64,000 nucleotides of DNA from Octopus vulgaris (lineage: Eukaryota), in NCBI GenBank assembly GCA_951406725.2, contig OX597833.1, forward strand, positions 43,586,001 through 43,650,000. The letters run 5' to 3'. Position numbers and translations under genes: made by a program. How positions within the stretch are numbered: the first letter of the stretch is position 1; every line of letters begins with the position of its first letter. The notes beneath the pieces are model-generated. The model was not told the origin of the DNA. It made no database searches and saw only the letters and a list, made by a program, of their open reading frames with translations. Positions 53,436 through 64,000 of this stretch are shown piece by piece.

Positions 53436-54274
53436 CGCGGGCAATTATGGAGTGAATTTTAGGGCTTATAAATCTAATATTTTCCTATCCTTTCTTAATA
53501 CCAGTTCCTATATGCTATTAATATCTGCACTCGGTCAGCTTAGGAGGTTGTTGTGTCTAGCATATGTGCTGCTTCTTTTAGTTTTTGTATTTTCTAGTGG
53601 TGCTCTCCATCTATTATTTTAACTTCATCCCACAGGGGGAGGTGGTCTCTATTTATCCATACATGATCAGCTATACCCGATTTATCAATATCTCCTCATG
53701 TCACAGCTTTGCGATGTTCCTCTCTCTTTATTTTGAGAGGATGGCATGTTTCACCTTTGTATAACCTACCACAGTTGCATGGGATGGAGTACATGCAGTT
53801 TTTGGTCATATTCTCTTGTATTGGTGGTTTTACTCGAAGGAGATATTTGCGAAGTGTTGTATTACTCTTGAATACTGTCCTGATGTCATATGGGTTGCAC
53901 ATCTCTTGTATCTTTTCAGAGAGGCCTTTCACATAGGGTAGACTGAAGACAGTTTCTTGGTTCCATTGCATTGTTGCCTTTATTGAACTCATAAAGCAAA
54001 ATATGCCGAATATTTTGAACAAATAACTTAAAATCGAACTGCACTCTTCAAAATTTGCACTAAGAATAAGGGTAAGTAAAATTACTACCTGCTTTTACAG
54101 CAAGTTGATGCAGGTAGTTTATTCCGTCTCCCTCTGACTTTTAGTTCATGCAATTGAAAAAACAGCATTACTTATGGGATGACCCAATATATAGTTCATA
54201 AATGAGAATCAAATATTCTCCCTATAAATTTCACTTAGTAGTGCTCAAGGTTTAAACTTGAGTAGGTAGAGGAA

Positions 54275-54832
54275 TAAATGAAAGGATAAGCAAGTTAGGC
54301 AGGTTGATATGCAAAGTATATTGAATACATGAAATACAAAAAATGTATATGTTTACATACAAAAAGGCCCGGCTTACACAGAATGGAAACGATATCAAGA
54401 ATTAAAAGGATTGAAGAAAGATATTACAAATTCTACAGCTGTTTCTGGGGGCTCAGTAGTCCAAAAAAAATGTTTGTAAATTGATTCCATCATTGATGAG
54501 ATGAGCCTCTGTCTTCAGAGAGGAGATCTTGATAGATTCCATCTTTGAACTTCATTCTGTCAACACCACAAATCTAAGATCTTTTCCTTGAAGACAGAGG
54601 CTCATCTCATCTGACGATGAAATTCATTTACAAGCTTCATCCGGAACAACCGGGCCCCAGAAACAGCTATTGGACTTTATAATATTTTTCCTCAACACCT
54701 TTAATTCTTGGTATCATTTGTATTCTATGTAAGTTGGTTGTTTTTGTATATAAACATATACATTTTTTTATATTTCATGAATTTAATATACTTTGTATAT
54801 AAAGCTGCCTAACTTGCTTATCCTTACATTTA
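54275..54832. repeat. Imperfect fold-back, ~255-bp arms and ~40-nt loop
   Basis: GGATAAGCAAGTTAGGCAG pairs with CTGCCTAACTTGCTTATCC; GATGAGATGAGCCTCTGTCTTCA pairs with TGAAGACAGAGGCTCATCTCATC. Confidence 0.9.
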
Positions 54833-54834
54833 CT

Positions 54835-54882
<48 letters not shown>

Positions 54883-54892
54883 TACATACATA

Positions 54893-55200
54893 CACAAGGG
54901 GGTTCTCAAAAGAAAACAGAATTTTGCAAATATTGTTTTATTCAGTAACATGTTTACGCTTTTATCGCTTTCAAAGTATTCTCCATTTGAAGCAATGTAT
55001 CGCTCCAGACACATTTTCCACTGTTCAAAGCTGCCCTGGAACTCTTGCAAAGTGATGCTTTTTAACATCTCCACCATTTTTTTTTTATCTCTTCCACATC
55101 TACAAATTCCATAACACCAAATTTCGTCACCAGTGATGATCTTTGGAAAAGGGTCTGGATCAACTTCCAGCTGTTCTTTCGGTTCACAACACACATTCAG
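54893..55200 (-). mobile_element. Internally deleted mariner fragment
   Basis: KIITGDEIWCYG joined to C-terminal FQGSFEQWKMCLERYIASNGEYFE. Confidence 0.75.
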
Positions 55201-55250
55201 TCATGACTCCTTTTGATGTGGGTCACATTAATTTAAAGATTGTATATAAA

Positions 55251-56050
55251 CAGGGCTTGGACAAAATAATAGAAACACCTAGCATCATAGCATCATAATT
55301 TTGAAATATCTATAAAACCGTCAAAAGCTTGTTCATTTTTATATTTTTTTGATTTATAATTAGTACTGCTTAATATGGTTTGCTAAAATTGCTATTTCTT
55401 GTCAGATATCATCAAAAAAATGGTAATTAAAATTCATTAAAATGACAGATCTATCAAACTTACACTGAGGTCAAACTGTTGGTGCTCATATGGCAGGTGC
55501 AAGCACAATGAAAACAGCCAAAATGTTTGGTGTATCAAGAAGTATTGTCTCGAAAGTAATGACCGCCTTTGAGAATGAGAGAAAAACCTCCTTGTAGAAA
55601 CAAATATTGCAAAGCGTTTAGAGTGGAGTAAAAACCTACAGAATTGGTCCCTAGAGCAGTGGAAGAGTGTTCTTTTCTTGGACGAGTCATCCTTTACCTT
55701 ATTTCCAACCACTGGCTGAGTATATGTGCGGAGAAAGCCAAAAGAAGCATTTGTCCCAGACTGCCTTCTTCCAACTGTTAAACATGGAAGAGGATCTGTG
55801 ATGATCTGGGGGACTATATCTTGGAAATCTGCCAGCCCAATGGTTTCCCTGCATGACAGAATTAATAGTCAAGACTATTTAAGCATTTTATCTGATCAAA
55901 TTCATCTTATGGATACGGGATTGTTCCCGGAAGGAAACACAATCTCTCAGGATGATAATGCACCAATTCACACAGCTAAAGTTGTTACTGAAAGGCACAA
56001 GGAACATTCTAGTGAAGCTGAACATCTTATCTGGCCACCACAGTCCCCAG
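55251..56050 (+). mobile_element. Tc1-like transposon relic
   Basis: CAGGGCTTGGACAAAATAATAGAAACAC terminus; FLDESSF, TVKHGRGSVMIWG, QDDNAPIH, WPPQSP motifs; truncated. Confidence 0.9.
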
Positions 56051-56436
56051 AGAGCTGTTGCAAAATGTTTGCCTCCTTGGCATAGTCAGAATTATCAAGC
56101 AAGTACTAGATTATGGAAAAGAACAAATAGAGAACTGTATGTTATAGGTAGCAAGCCTACTACTCTTGCAAGATTCCAGGAGTTACAACAAAACCCAAGT
56201 TAAAAGATTAGTAATATTAATAATTCTTTCTACTATAAGCACAAGACTTGAAATTTTTAAGTGAAGGGGCCAGCTCATTGCAGCAACTCCAGTGTGAAAC
56301 TGGTTCTTATTTTATCAACCTCAAAAGGATGGAAAGCAAAGATGACCCCAGTGGAACTTGAGCTTAGCATGTAAAAAGCCAGAAGAAATATTAAGCACTT
56401 TGTCCGGTACGGTAACAATTCTGTCAGCTCACTGCC

Positions 56437-56666
56437 TTAACCCTTTTGTTACCAACCCGGCTGAAACCAGCTCTGGCCCTGTAGTTACAAATGTCTTGTT
56501 TTCAAAAGTTCTGAATTAAAATCTTCCACCAAACCTTAGTCACAGTTTATGTTCTTAACACTAACTTAATGATAACTAAGTTATTTTACTAAATTATTTG
56601 TTATATTTAAAATAATTGAAAGAAACACAAAGCATCTCAAAATAAATACAGTAACAAAAGGATTAA
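56437..56666. mobile_element. TTAA-flanked MITE, family M2 (opposite orientation)
   Basis: Reverse complement of 17601-17829. Confidence 0.8.
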
Positions 56667-57099
56667 TAATAATCCTTTCAAATTTTGGTACAAATCCAGC
56701 AATTTTGAGGAAAGGGGAAAAATCAATTGTATCAACTCCAGTGCTTGACTGGTATTCATTTTAATGAGAGGTAATATTTATTCCCACTTAAATGTGAATG
56801 TTCTGTTAGAACAGACATTACTGCAGTAGACGCCATAAGAGAAACACTCATATAGGCTTTTGGGGCAAAATGCACGCTGTTTACAATGCTTGCGGGGAGA
56901 TAAATCTCTACCAACACCAGCACCGAGACAACCAGGTCATATGATTTCAACGTTCTTTGGTCTCATCGGTTTATCAAAGATGGATGCTCGATCACTAGAG
57001 ATAGCAGTGGCTCATCTCCTTGCAAGCAACATATAGAAAATCATTACCTTAACAGTCACTGATATCACAATTAGCCAGTGAAAATATTAAAAAAATTTA

Positions 57100-57513
57100 T
57101 GTGATCGTTACCAGCGTCGCCTTACTGGCATTCGAGCCCCGTGCTGGTAAGGTGTTAAGAGCACCATCCGAGCGTGATCGTTGCCAGAGCGTGATCGTTG
57201 CCGAGCGTGATCGTTGCTATCATGCCGATGGCATGTAAAAGGCACCATTCGAGCGTGATCGTTACCAGTATCGCCTTACTGGCACCTGTGCCAGTGGCAT
57301 GTGTGAAAGATTCGAGCGAGGTTGTTGCCAGCACCGCCTAACTGGCACGTAAAAGCGCCCACTACACTCTCAGAGTGGTTGTCATTAGGAAGGGCACCCA
57401 GCTGTAGAAACTCTGCCTGATCAAGATTGAAGCCTGGTGCGGCCATCTGGCTCGCCAGCTCACAGTCAAATCATCTAACCCATGCTAGCATGGAAAGCCG
57501 ATGATGATGATGA
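57100..57513 (+). mobile_element. RTE LINE 3' UTR fragment with GAGCGTGATCGTTGCC repeats
   Basis: Family match to 4104-4530; (GAT)n tail. Confidence 0.75.
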
Positions 57514-57990
57514 TATAGTGACAGAAGTAGTATTGATACTGAGAGGTCTCGAAAACACCAAAGTCAAAGTTAATCTTAGTGAGATTTAGGTTTAACATAT
57601 ACAGAGTCAGAAGAAATGGTACTAAGCACTGTCAGACACACTAATGATGCTGCCAGCCTGCAACCTTAATAACAATAGTAATAATGATAATTTTTTTAAG
57701 ATTTTGGCAAAGGCCGACATATTGTGCAAGGACAAAAGCAAATTGATTATATACACCAAGTGCTTGAGTGATACTTTAAGTTAGTAACCCTGAAAGAATG
57801 GAAAACAATGGTGACTGATTTTCAGTAGGATTTGAGCATCGCAAAGAAATGATGTTAAACAATATGCTTGGCATACTAATAATTTTTGCAGCTCACTGCC
57901 TTAAGTCAGAGGACATTCATTTTTCAAGAGATTAAACTATATAAACAACAGAAATAAATAGTGAAAATTGGAAAGAAAAGAGAATCTAAC

Positions 57991-58308
57991 CTTTTAGAGA
58001 TTTTGGAGGAGATGGGACTATGTTTATTACACATGTGTACTGAGCTACATCATTACACTGGAGGCCATTTTTCCAGCACTTAACCATTTTATTTTTTGGT
58101 AAATCACACTTAAAACCCTTCAATTCTTCTCCTATGACTTTAAAATAAGGTGGCTGTTTATCAGTTTGGAGCTGAATATTCACAACTATAGTGTCGTTTT
58201 GCTTCAGGGAGAATATAAGGAGACTAGTCGCTTCATAACTACATGTGATATCCATTCTACCTCCAATTTTAAAACCATCTCTGGGTTCCAGGCTTGTAAT
58301 TTCAGCGG
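57991..58308 (-). CDS. IgSF membrane protein, first detected Ig domain (V/I-like)
   Basis: Acceptor TTTTTTCTTTTCTTACATATAG, donor AAG|GTTAGA; 318 nt, phase 1-1; GGRMDITC (B strand) and LQCNDVAQYTC (DxAxYxC, F strand). Confidence 0.88.
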
Positions 58309-58669
58309 CTATATGTAAGAAAGAAAAAATAGATTATCAGACAAAAACATTTTTTTATGACAATAAGGTAATTACAGTTACAAAACAATTATGACAAAGT
58401 TAAAACAGTAAGAGGAAAGGAAGAAATTAGAATCAACAACAGAGAAGATAAACTAGGAAGGCAATAGGAGAACGCAGACCCCCACCAAGCAACTCATTTT
58501 AAGATAGATACACGAGTAAAATTACTAATAGAGAAACGAAAATAAACTTTGGAAACAGCAATGAACGTGTTTTCAAGGGAGATAATCAAACACCGTAACA
58601 TTGTAATACTTCATGTAAAGTAAATATAACAAATGAAAAATCCTTCAAGAATCAATAAAAATTCCAAGA

Positions 58670-58763
58670 TCACTACCGTTCACAACATTTTGAGTTATTT
58701 TGCACAGACAGACAGACAAACCAACGCTGATGAAAACATAACCTCCTTCCTTGGTGGAGGTAA
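58670..58763 (+). mobile_element. Terminus of a Helentron/HINE-like element
   Basis: (CAGA)n followed by AAAACATAACCTCC..GGAGGTAA terminal hairpin. Confidence 0.45.
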
Positions 58764-58811
58764 CAAAAAAAAAAAAAGGTGATAAAAAGATAAAAAGAAG
58801 ACAGACATTAC

Positions 58812-58846
<35 letters not shown>

Positions 58847-60426
58847 TACACTAGCAGAAATACCCGTCATTGACTGGCTTTCAGAAAGAGTCTTCAAAAA
58901 TTATACCCTGATTTATGAAAGTTACTGCTTTGATATTGAATGTTTTGTAGTGGAATATCCGCAAACTCTTATTGCCAGGCTTCGGCAAAAAAGTTATAAT
59001 ATAGTCTAATATACTTTTGAACTCAATACTCATTTATCCTTAAAAAAATATTCTTCCCAATCATGTAGATGATAAATCTCTATGCATTCTTATAACTCAA
59101 AAGAAAGGAATGCCAGTTTTTGTGTAAAAGAGCTTCTTACATTAACAAGATATAATTATGGTTGCATACAAATTCTTATTCTTTATCTTAATATTCTGAT
59201 TTATAAATTGAAGCAACCATCACACAGACTGTGGTTTTTGCATATAGAAGGGAAGTAAATAAAAGCTTGAGGAAAATTTTAAAGACATACATATTGCAAT
59301 GTTTACTCAAGAATCACAACAAACATTAACAATTAAATATATATTATCAGAGTAACATAACATCTTCACTATAACTATTTATGCTGCTTAACAAATCAAG
59401 TATGATTTATACTTTATACCAAGGACATGGCTACATAAAGATATAAATAGGTTTTTAAAAATAAAGAAAGTAAAGCAATTAGAAATGAAAAATGACAAAT
59501 AATTAAAATCTGAAACATGATGATATATGAAGAATTTCAAGAAAAAAAAATTATATAGGTTATGATAGATCTCCAATATGATAATGGAATGATTTACTAA
59601 TGGGTAATTAGTTACAAAACAATTACTCATAACCTTAAAGATTATGCAAAACAATTCTATTACATGTAAAAAAAAAAAAAGACATAGAAGTGGCTTTTCA
59701 TATTTTCAGGGTTTGACGTTAAGAATCTCATTATAAATATATTGAACAATGTACAATTATTACTTTGTTAATCACTCAGAAAAAATCCCTTATAAACAGT
59801 ATTTTGAGTTTTACCATTAGGGCAAATGTGAAAAGGGTTTTCTTACTCCCTACTCTAGAAGCACCAACATAACTGTCCAGGTGAAAAACAATCCTCTTCT
59901 AAATGCAAACCAGCAACTTGTAGTGTCCGACCTTGTGACTTATTGATAGACATTGCAAAAGGCAAACATATGGGAAACTGAAGTTGTTTGAACTCAAAGG
60001 GCATGTTGGAAGGTATTGAAGAAATTCGAGAGATAAAAACATCTTCGCTTTTTCCACAGCCAGAAATTATTGTGGCCTCTATAACATTGCTCATTAATAT
60101 CTTGACAATGAGTCTTGTGCCATTGCATAACTTTGGTTGTGAGAGGTGGCGCAGAAGCATGACTAGAGCACCTGCTTTCAATCAAAGACAATGAGGAGGA
60201 GCACCAGTTGGCTTGAGGGAATTCAAAAATCCTACTGGATAACTGACTAATTTTGATTCATCTATGACAGAGTCCATGGATTTATAATTATGCTCAATTC
60301 CTGTGAAGATGACTAAAAGAATTATCTCTGATCATAAAATGGTATGTATAAAAATCCATACATGAAACACATTTTCTGGTATTATTTCCAAACTGTGGAA
60401 TACCTAAATGGTATCAATCTTCTCCA

Positions 60427-60657
60427 AGGTGGCGAGCTGGCAGAAACGTTAGCACGCCGGGCGAAATGCTTAGCGGTATTTCATCTGCGTTATGTTGTGA
60501 GTTCAAATTCCGCCGAGGTCGACTTTGCCTTTCATCCTTTCGGGGTTGATAAATTAAGTACCAGTTACGCACTGGGGTCGATGTAATCGACTTAATACCT
60601 ATGTCTGTCCTTGTTTGTCCCCTCTGTGGTTAGCCCCTTGTGGGTAATAAAGAAATA
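60427..60657 (+). mobile_element. SINE family B inserted in the Helitron, 17-bp target-site duplication
   Basis: GGTATCAATCTTCTCCA at 60410-60426 and 60658-60674. Confidence 0.92.
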
Positions 60658-62228
60658 GGTATCAATCTTCTCCATATACAAATAGTAGGAGACATTGAAG
60701 GCTATCATAAGATCTGTGAGTTTCATATACACATTTCAGTGCATTATCTCTTGAATGAAAAATTATGTCTCTATTGCTAAAACTTTCATCAGCCATAAGT
60801 GTAACTTCATTACCTGTTGGTAAATTGAATCACCTAACATGCTCATTGAATGGTCTTTTATCTGCATTAATAACTACTTGAAATTCTGTTGAACTTTTCT
60901 TGATGGCTGCTTTAAAATTCTGTATGTATGCATTGTTTGCATGTAGCTTTTCTTGTAGATTCCTGATTATGATTCTTCTTACTCCTTGGTTAAGGTTGCA
61001 CCTAACTTTATCCTCCAATAAAATATATTTGTAAGGATTGGGAATCCTCATGCTGTAATGGCAACAATCTTCCAATTTTATGATGAATTTGACCTTGAAA
61101 TTTGTATGTAGGCATAAATCCTCTTTCGCTTACTATATTTGCACCAAAAGGTGTCGTCATGAATGCATTATTGTAACGCTATATGTTTTGCACAAAGTGT
61201 TTTGATTCTGGATTTGAGCCCAATAAGAGATATTTTAATGGTTGTGGTGGATCAGCAAGAAGTGGTAATCGGATCTTTCTATTACTACAACATTTCTTGG
61301 CATTGCAGTAATCACATAGTAATGACATGCATCCTATAGTAACAATGTCTCGTGAATTATATGCATAATTAGGATTATAATTGAATGCAGCCATTTTCCA
61401 ATCTTCAGTAGTAAAAGGATGCTGTCTAAATTCTTGATACCTTAATCTGTCTGTTATCTTCCTAGTGTTGAGATCATCCTTAGTTAGAAGTTGCCTGGTT
61501 GCTGCAGTCTGTCGAGTATTCAATCCCACTCTCGTCCTCCTTACTTCTGGAGTTTCAGACTGTCTTGCTGCTGTGGTCTATTCAGCATCTAATCTTCATC
61601 TTGTTTCAGCCTGTTCTTGAGTCTCAGATTGCCTTGCTGCTGCAGTTCATTGGGCATTTAATCTTCGTCTTTTTTCTGCTTCTTCTTGACTTTGAGAGGC
61701 TCGAAAGTCTGCATGCCTTTCAGCATCTACTCTTTGTCTGTTGGTCTGCTGATAGTCAGTCTCTTCAGATCTTTTTTCTTTTCCTACGCTGAGATTGCTT
61801 AGGTAGTCTAAATCTAATTTTTTTCGGAAGGCATTGTACATATATATATACATATATATATACATATGTACATATATATACATATATATACATATATGTA
61901 CATATATATACATATATGTACATATATGTACATATATATACATATATGTACATATATAGTATATATACATATATAGATATATGTACATATATATATATAT
62001 GTACATATATATACATATATGTACATATATATACATATATGTACATATATATACATATATGTACATATATATACATATATGTACATATATATACATATGT
62101 ACATATATATATATATGTACATATATATACATATGTACATATATATACATATGTACATATATATACATATGTACATATATATACATATGTACATATATAT
62201 ACATATATATATATATGTATATTTTTTT

Positions 62229-62508
62229 TCGCTTGTTTCAGCTCAGAGCTGCGGCCATGCTGATGCACCGCCGTATTGTACTACACTGTTATTACGATGA
62301 ACCTCCTCTAATATGTGGCACTAGGTGAAGAATGGAGTTTGACATAGCTACTCTCATTTTCACCTCTTGCCGTGAGGTAGGTTCATCTGGGACTCTCAAC
62401 AGGAAGATGTCCAGCTTTGATTTAAAAACCGCTACATCTACTTTGTGCAAGTTCCTCAGACTCTTTGGGAGAATATTAAAGAGCTGTGGGCCCTTGAAAC
62501 CCAGGCTG
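62229..62508 (-). mobile_element. CR1-group LINE 3' end, second subfamily
   Basis: [44 protein letters not shown] homologous to 30650-30872; 3' stem-loop and A-rich tail. Confidence 0.88.
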
Positions 62509-62565
62509 TTAGGGAAACACACAGATAGACAGACACACATTCTCAGTTTTATATATATAAAGATG

Positions 62566-62605
<40 letters not shown>

Positions 62606-62905
62606 TGAGTATATATACATATATATATGTACATGTGTGTATATACATATATATATATATGTACATGTCTATATATACATATAAATATATGTACATGTGT
62701 ATATATACATATATGTACACGTGTATATATACATATATATATATATATGTACATGTGTATATATACATGTATATATGTACATGTGTATATATACATATAT
62801 ATATATATGTACATGTGTATACATACATATATATATATGTACATGTGAATATATACATATATATATGTGTACATATATATATGTACATATGTGTATATAT
62901 ATATA

Positions 62906-63826
62906 TCTATATATATAAAACTGAGAATGTGTCTGTCTGTCTGTTTCCCTAAAACTTGAGAACTACACAACCAATTTCATTCAAATTATACACATGCCTT
63001 ACTTAGGGTCCATATAGTGTCATGGGGAAAAACATTTTTAACTTCTTGCCTAGGGCGAACCCACAGCAATATCATATCTTCTCCACTATTTCAGTATTAC
63101 ATGTTAAAAGTGAAACAAAAACATCTCTCTACTGTAATGTCAGATACTTTCACTTTAATACTGAAACTATTAAAGTTAAACTATTATATAAGAAGGATGA
63201 ACCATTAACAGTGGACATCCATTTTACTAGAAGATGATCCGCTATGGTCTTATATGCTACACCACTGGTTTTCAATTCATATTAATCAAATTAATATTCA
63301 ATTTCTCACCCTTATTATTTTAAATTTAAATTTACACTCAGGACCATGTGTTTAGGAACGAAGTTTGTTACCACACAGCCACACCTGCACCTGTGTGTGT
63401 GTGTCTGTGTGTATAGCAGTATATGTATACATTTATTTCTATACATATAGATGTATATGTATACATGTATATGTGTAGATGTATATATATATATATGTAC
63501 ATGTAATATGTACACATATATATTCACATATATACAAGCATACATACATAGATGGCTGTGTGGTAACAAACTTCGTTCCAAAACACATGGTCTTGGGTTC
63601 AGTCCCACTGTGTGGTGACTTGGCATGTGTCTTCTGCTATAGCCTCAGACCAACCAAAGCCTTGTCAGTGGATTTTGTAGACAGAAACCGAAAGAAATCA
63701 ATCGTATATATATGTATGTATGTATGTAAGTCTGTGTGTGTGTATTCCAGTTCATGACAGAAAATATAACAAAAGTCCAATTCTTCAATTGCATGTAACT
63801 CGGGCAACGCCGGGTAACTCTGCTAG
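62906..63826 (+). mobile_element. Non-autonomous Helitron with nested SINE A fragments
   Basis: 5' TCTATATATATAAAACTGAGAATGTG; 3' CTCGGGCAACGCCGGG hairpin then CTAG. Confidence 0.8.
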
Positions 63827-63902
63827 TATATTTATATATATGTATGTATATATTTATATATATTTATATATACGTATGTATGTATATATTTATATATGTA
63901 TG

Positions 63903-64000
63903 ATAGTTGAGATGCTTGAACGGAGACGTGTGGATATATGTTGCATGCAAGAAGTAAGGTGGAGAGGAGGTTCTGCTAGGTTCCTCACAGGCAAGGAACA
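63903..64000 (+). mobile_element. RTE-clade LINE AP-endonuclease N-terminal fragment (runs off the window)
   Basis: IVEMLERRRVDICCMQEVRWRGGSARFLTGKE, the DI..xQE.RW motif of RTE endonucleases. Confidence 0.85.

Larger units (their letters stand above)
53190..53960 (-). mobile_element. Penelope-like element 3' portion (GIY-YIG endonuclease relic plus pLTR-like end)
   Basis: LPYVKGLSEKI...NCMYSIPCNCGRLYKGETCHPLKIKREEH...KSGIADHVW...HLPLWDEVKII...KLKEA (~53470-53960, with stops), then a tRNA-like module and hammerhead relic. Confidence 0.88.
58851..62563 (-). mobile_element. Deleted Helitron with both termini (RepHel relic; nested SINE, CR1 piece and microsatellite)
   Basis: 5' TC at 62563; N-terminal repeats and CDYCNAKK..CCSN Zn-finger region (61179-61800); Pif1 helicase C-terminus LCNGTRL...FAMSINKSQGRTL (59855-60181); 3' hairpin GCCAGTCAATGACGGG then CTAG at 58851. 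Confidence 0.85.

Noticed and set aside
58720-58745. CTGATGAAAAC as a hammerhead core (also CTGATGA at ~9628 and minus-strand ~11081, ~60786)
   Set aside because: No stem II or properly placed GAAA and stem III; chance matches or parts of other repeats

Overview
AT-rich, repeat-saturated eukaryotic (animal) DNA. The SINE and LINE families and the huge (TA)n/(CA)n tracts look like an Octopus (coleoid cephalopod) genome; this comes from recollection of repeat types and is not verified. One host gene can be assembled by hand on the minus strand. Six GT-AG exons (58308-57991, 49969-49658, 43572-43531, 40477-40364, 38481-38445, 25901-25847) splice in frame into a type I membrane immunoglobulin-superfamily protein (Ig + C2-type Ig + stalk + TM + Tyr-containing tail); its first and last exons were not pinned down. 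The rest is mobile DNA: two tRNA-derived SINE families, CR1, RTE and Tx1/L1-like LINE pieces, mariner/Tc1 relics, Helitrons, TTAA MITEs, a Penelope-like element (PLE), a degraded U2 snRNA copy, a 22-bp minisatellite, local duplications and a 100-N gap. The most interesting non-coding signals are: (i) minimal type I hammerhead ribozyme motifs and fold-back palindromes in or beside (TA)n tracts, including a divergent pair at 1.4-1.6 kb; (ii) a PLE whose 3' region holds a tRNA-like module upstream of a hammerhead relic; (iii) two apparent SINE/LINE 3'-tail partnerships, one with compensatory stem changes. All long YI/HT-repeat ORFs are microsatellite artefacts. Coordinates were counted by hand: exon and ribozyme boundaries were read to the base, repeat boundaries are approximate. 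No database searches were run.
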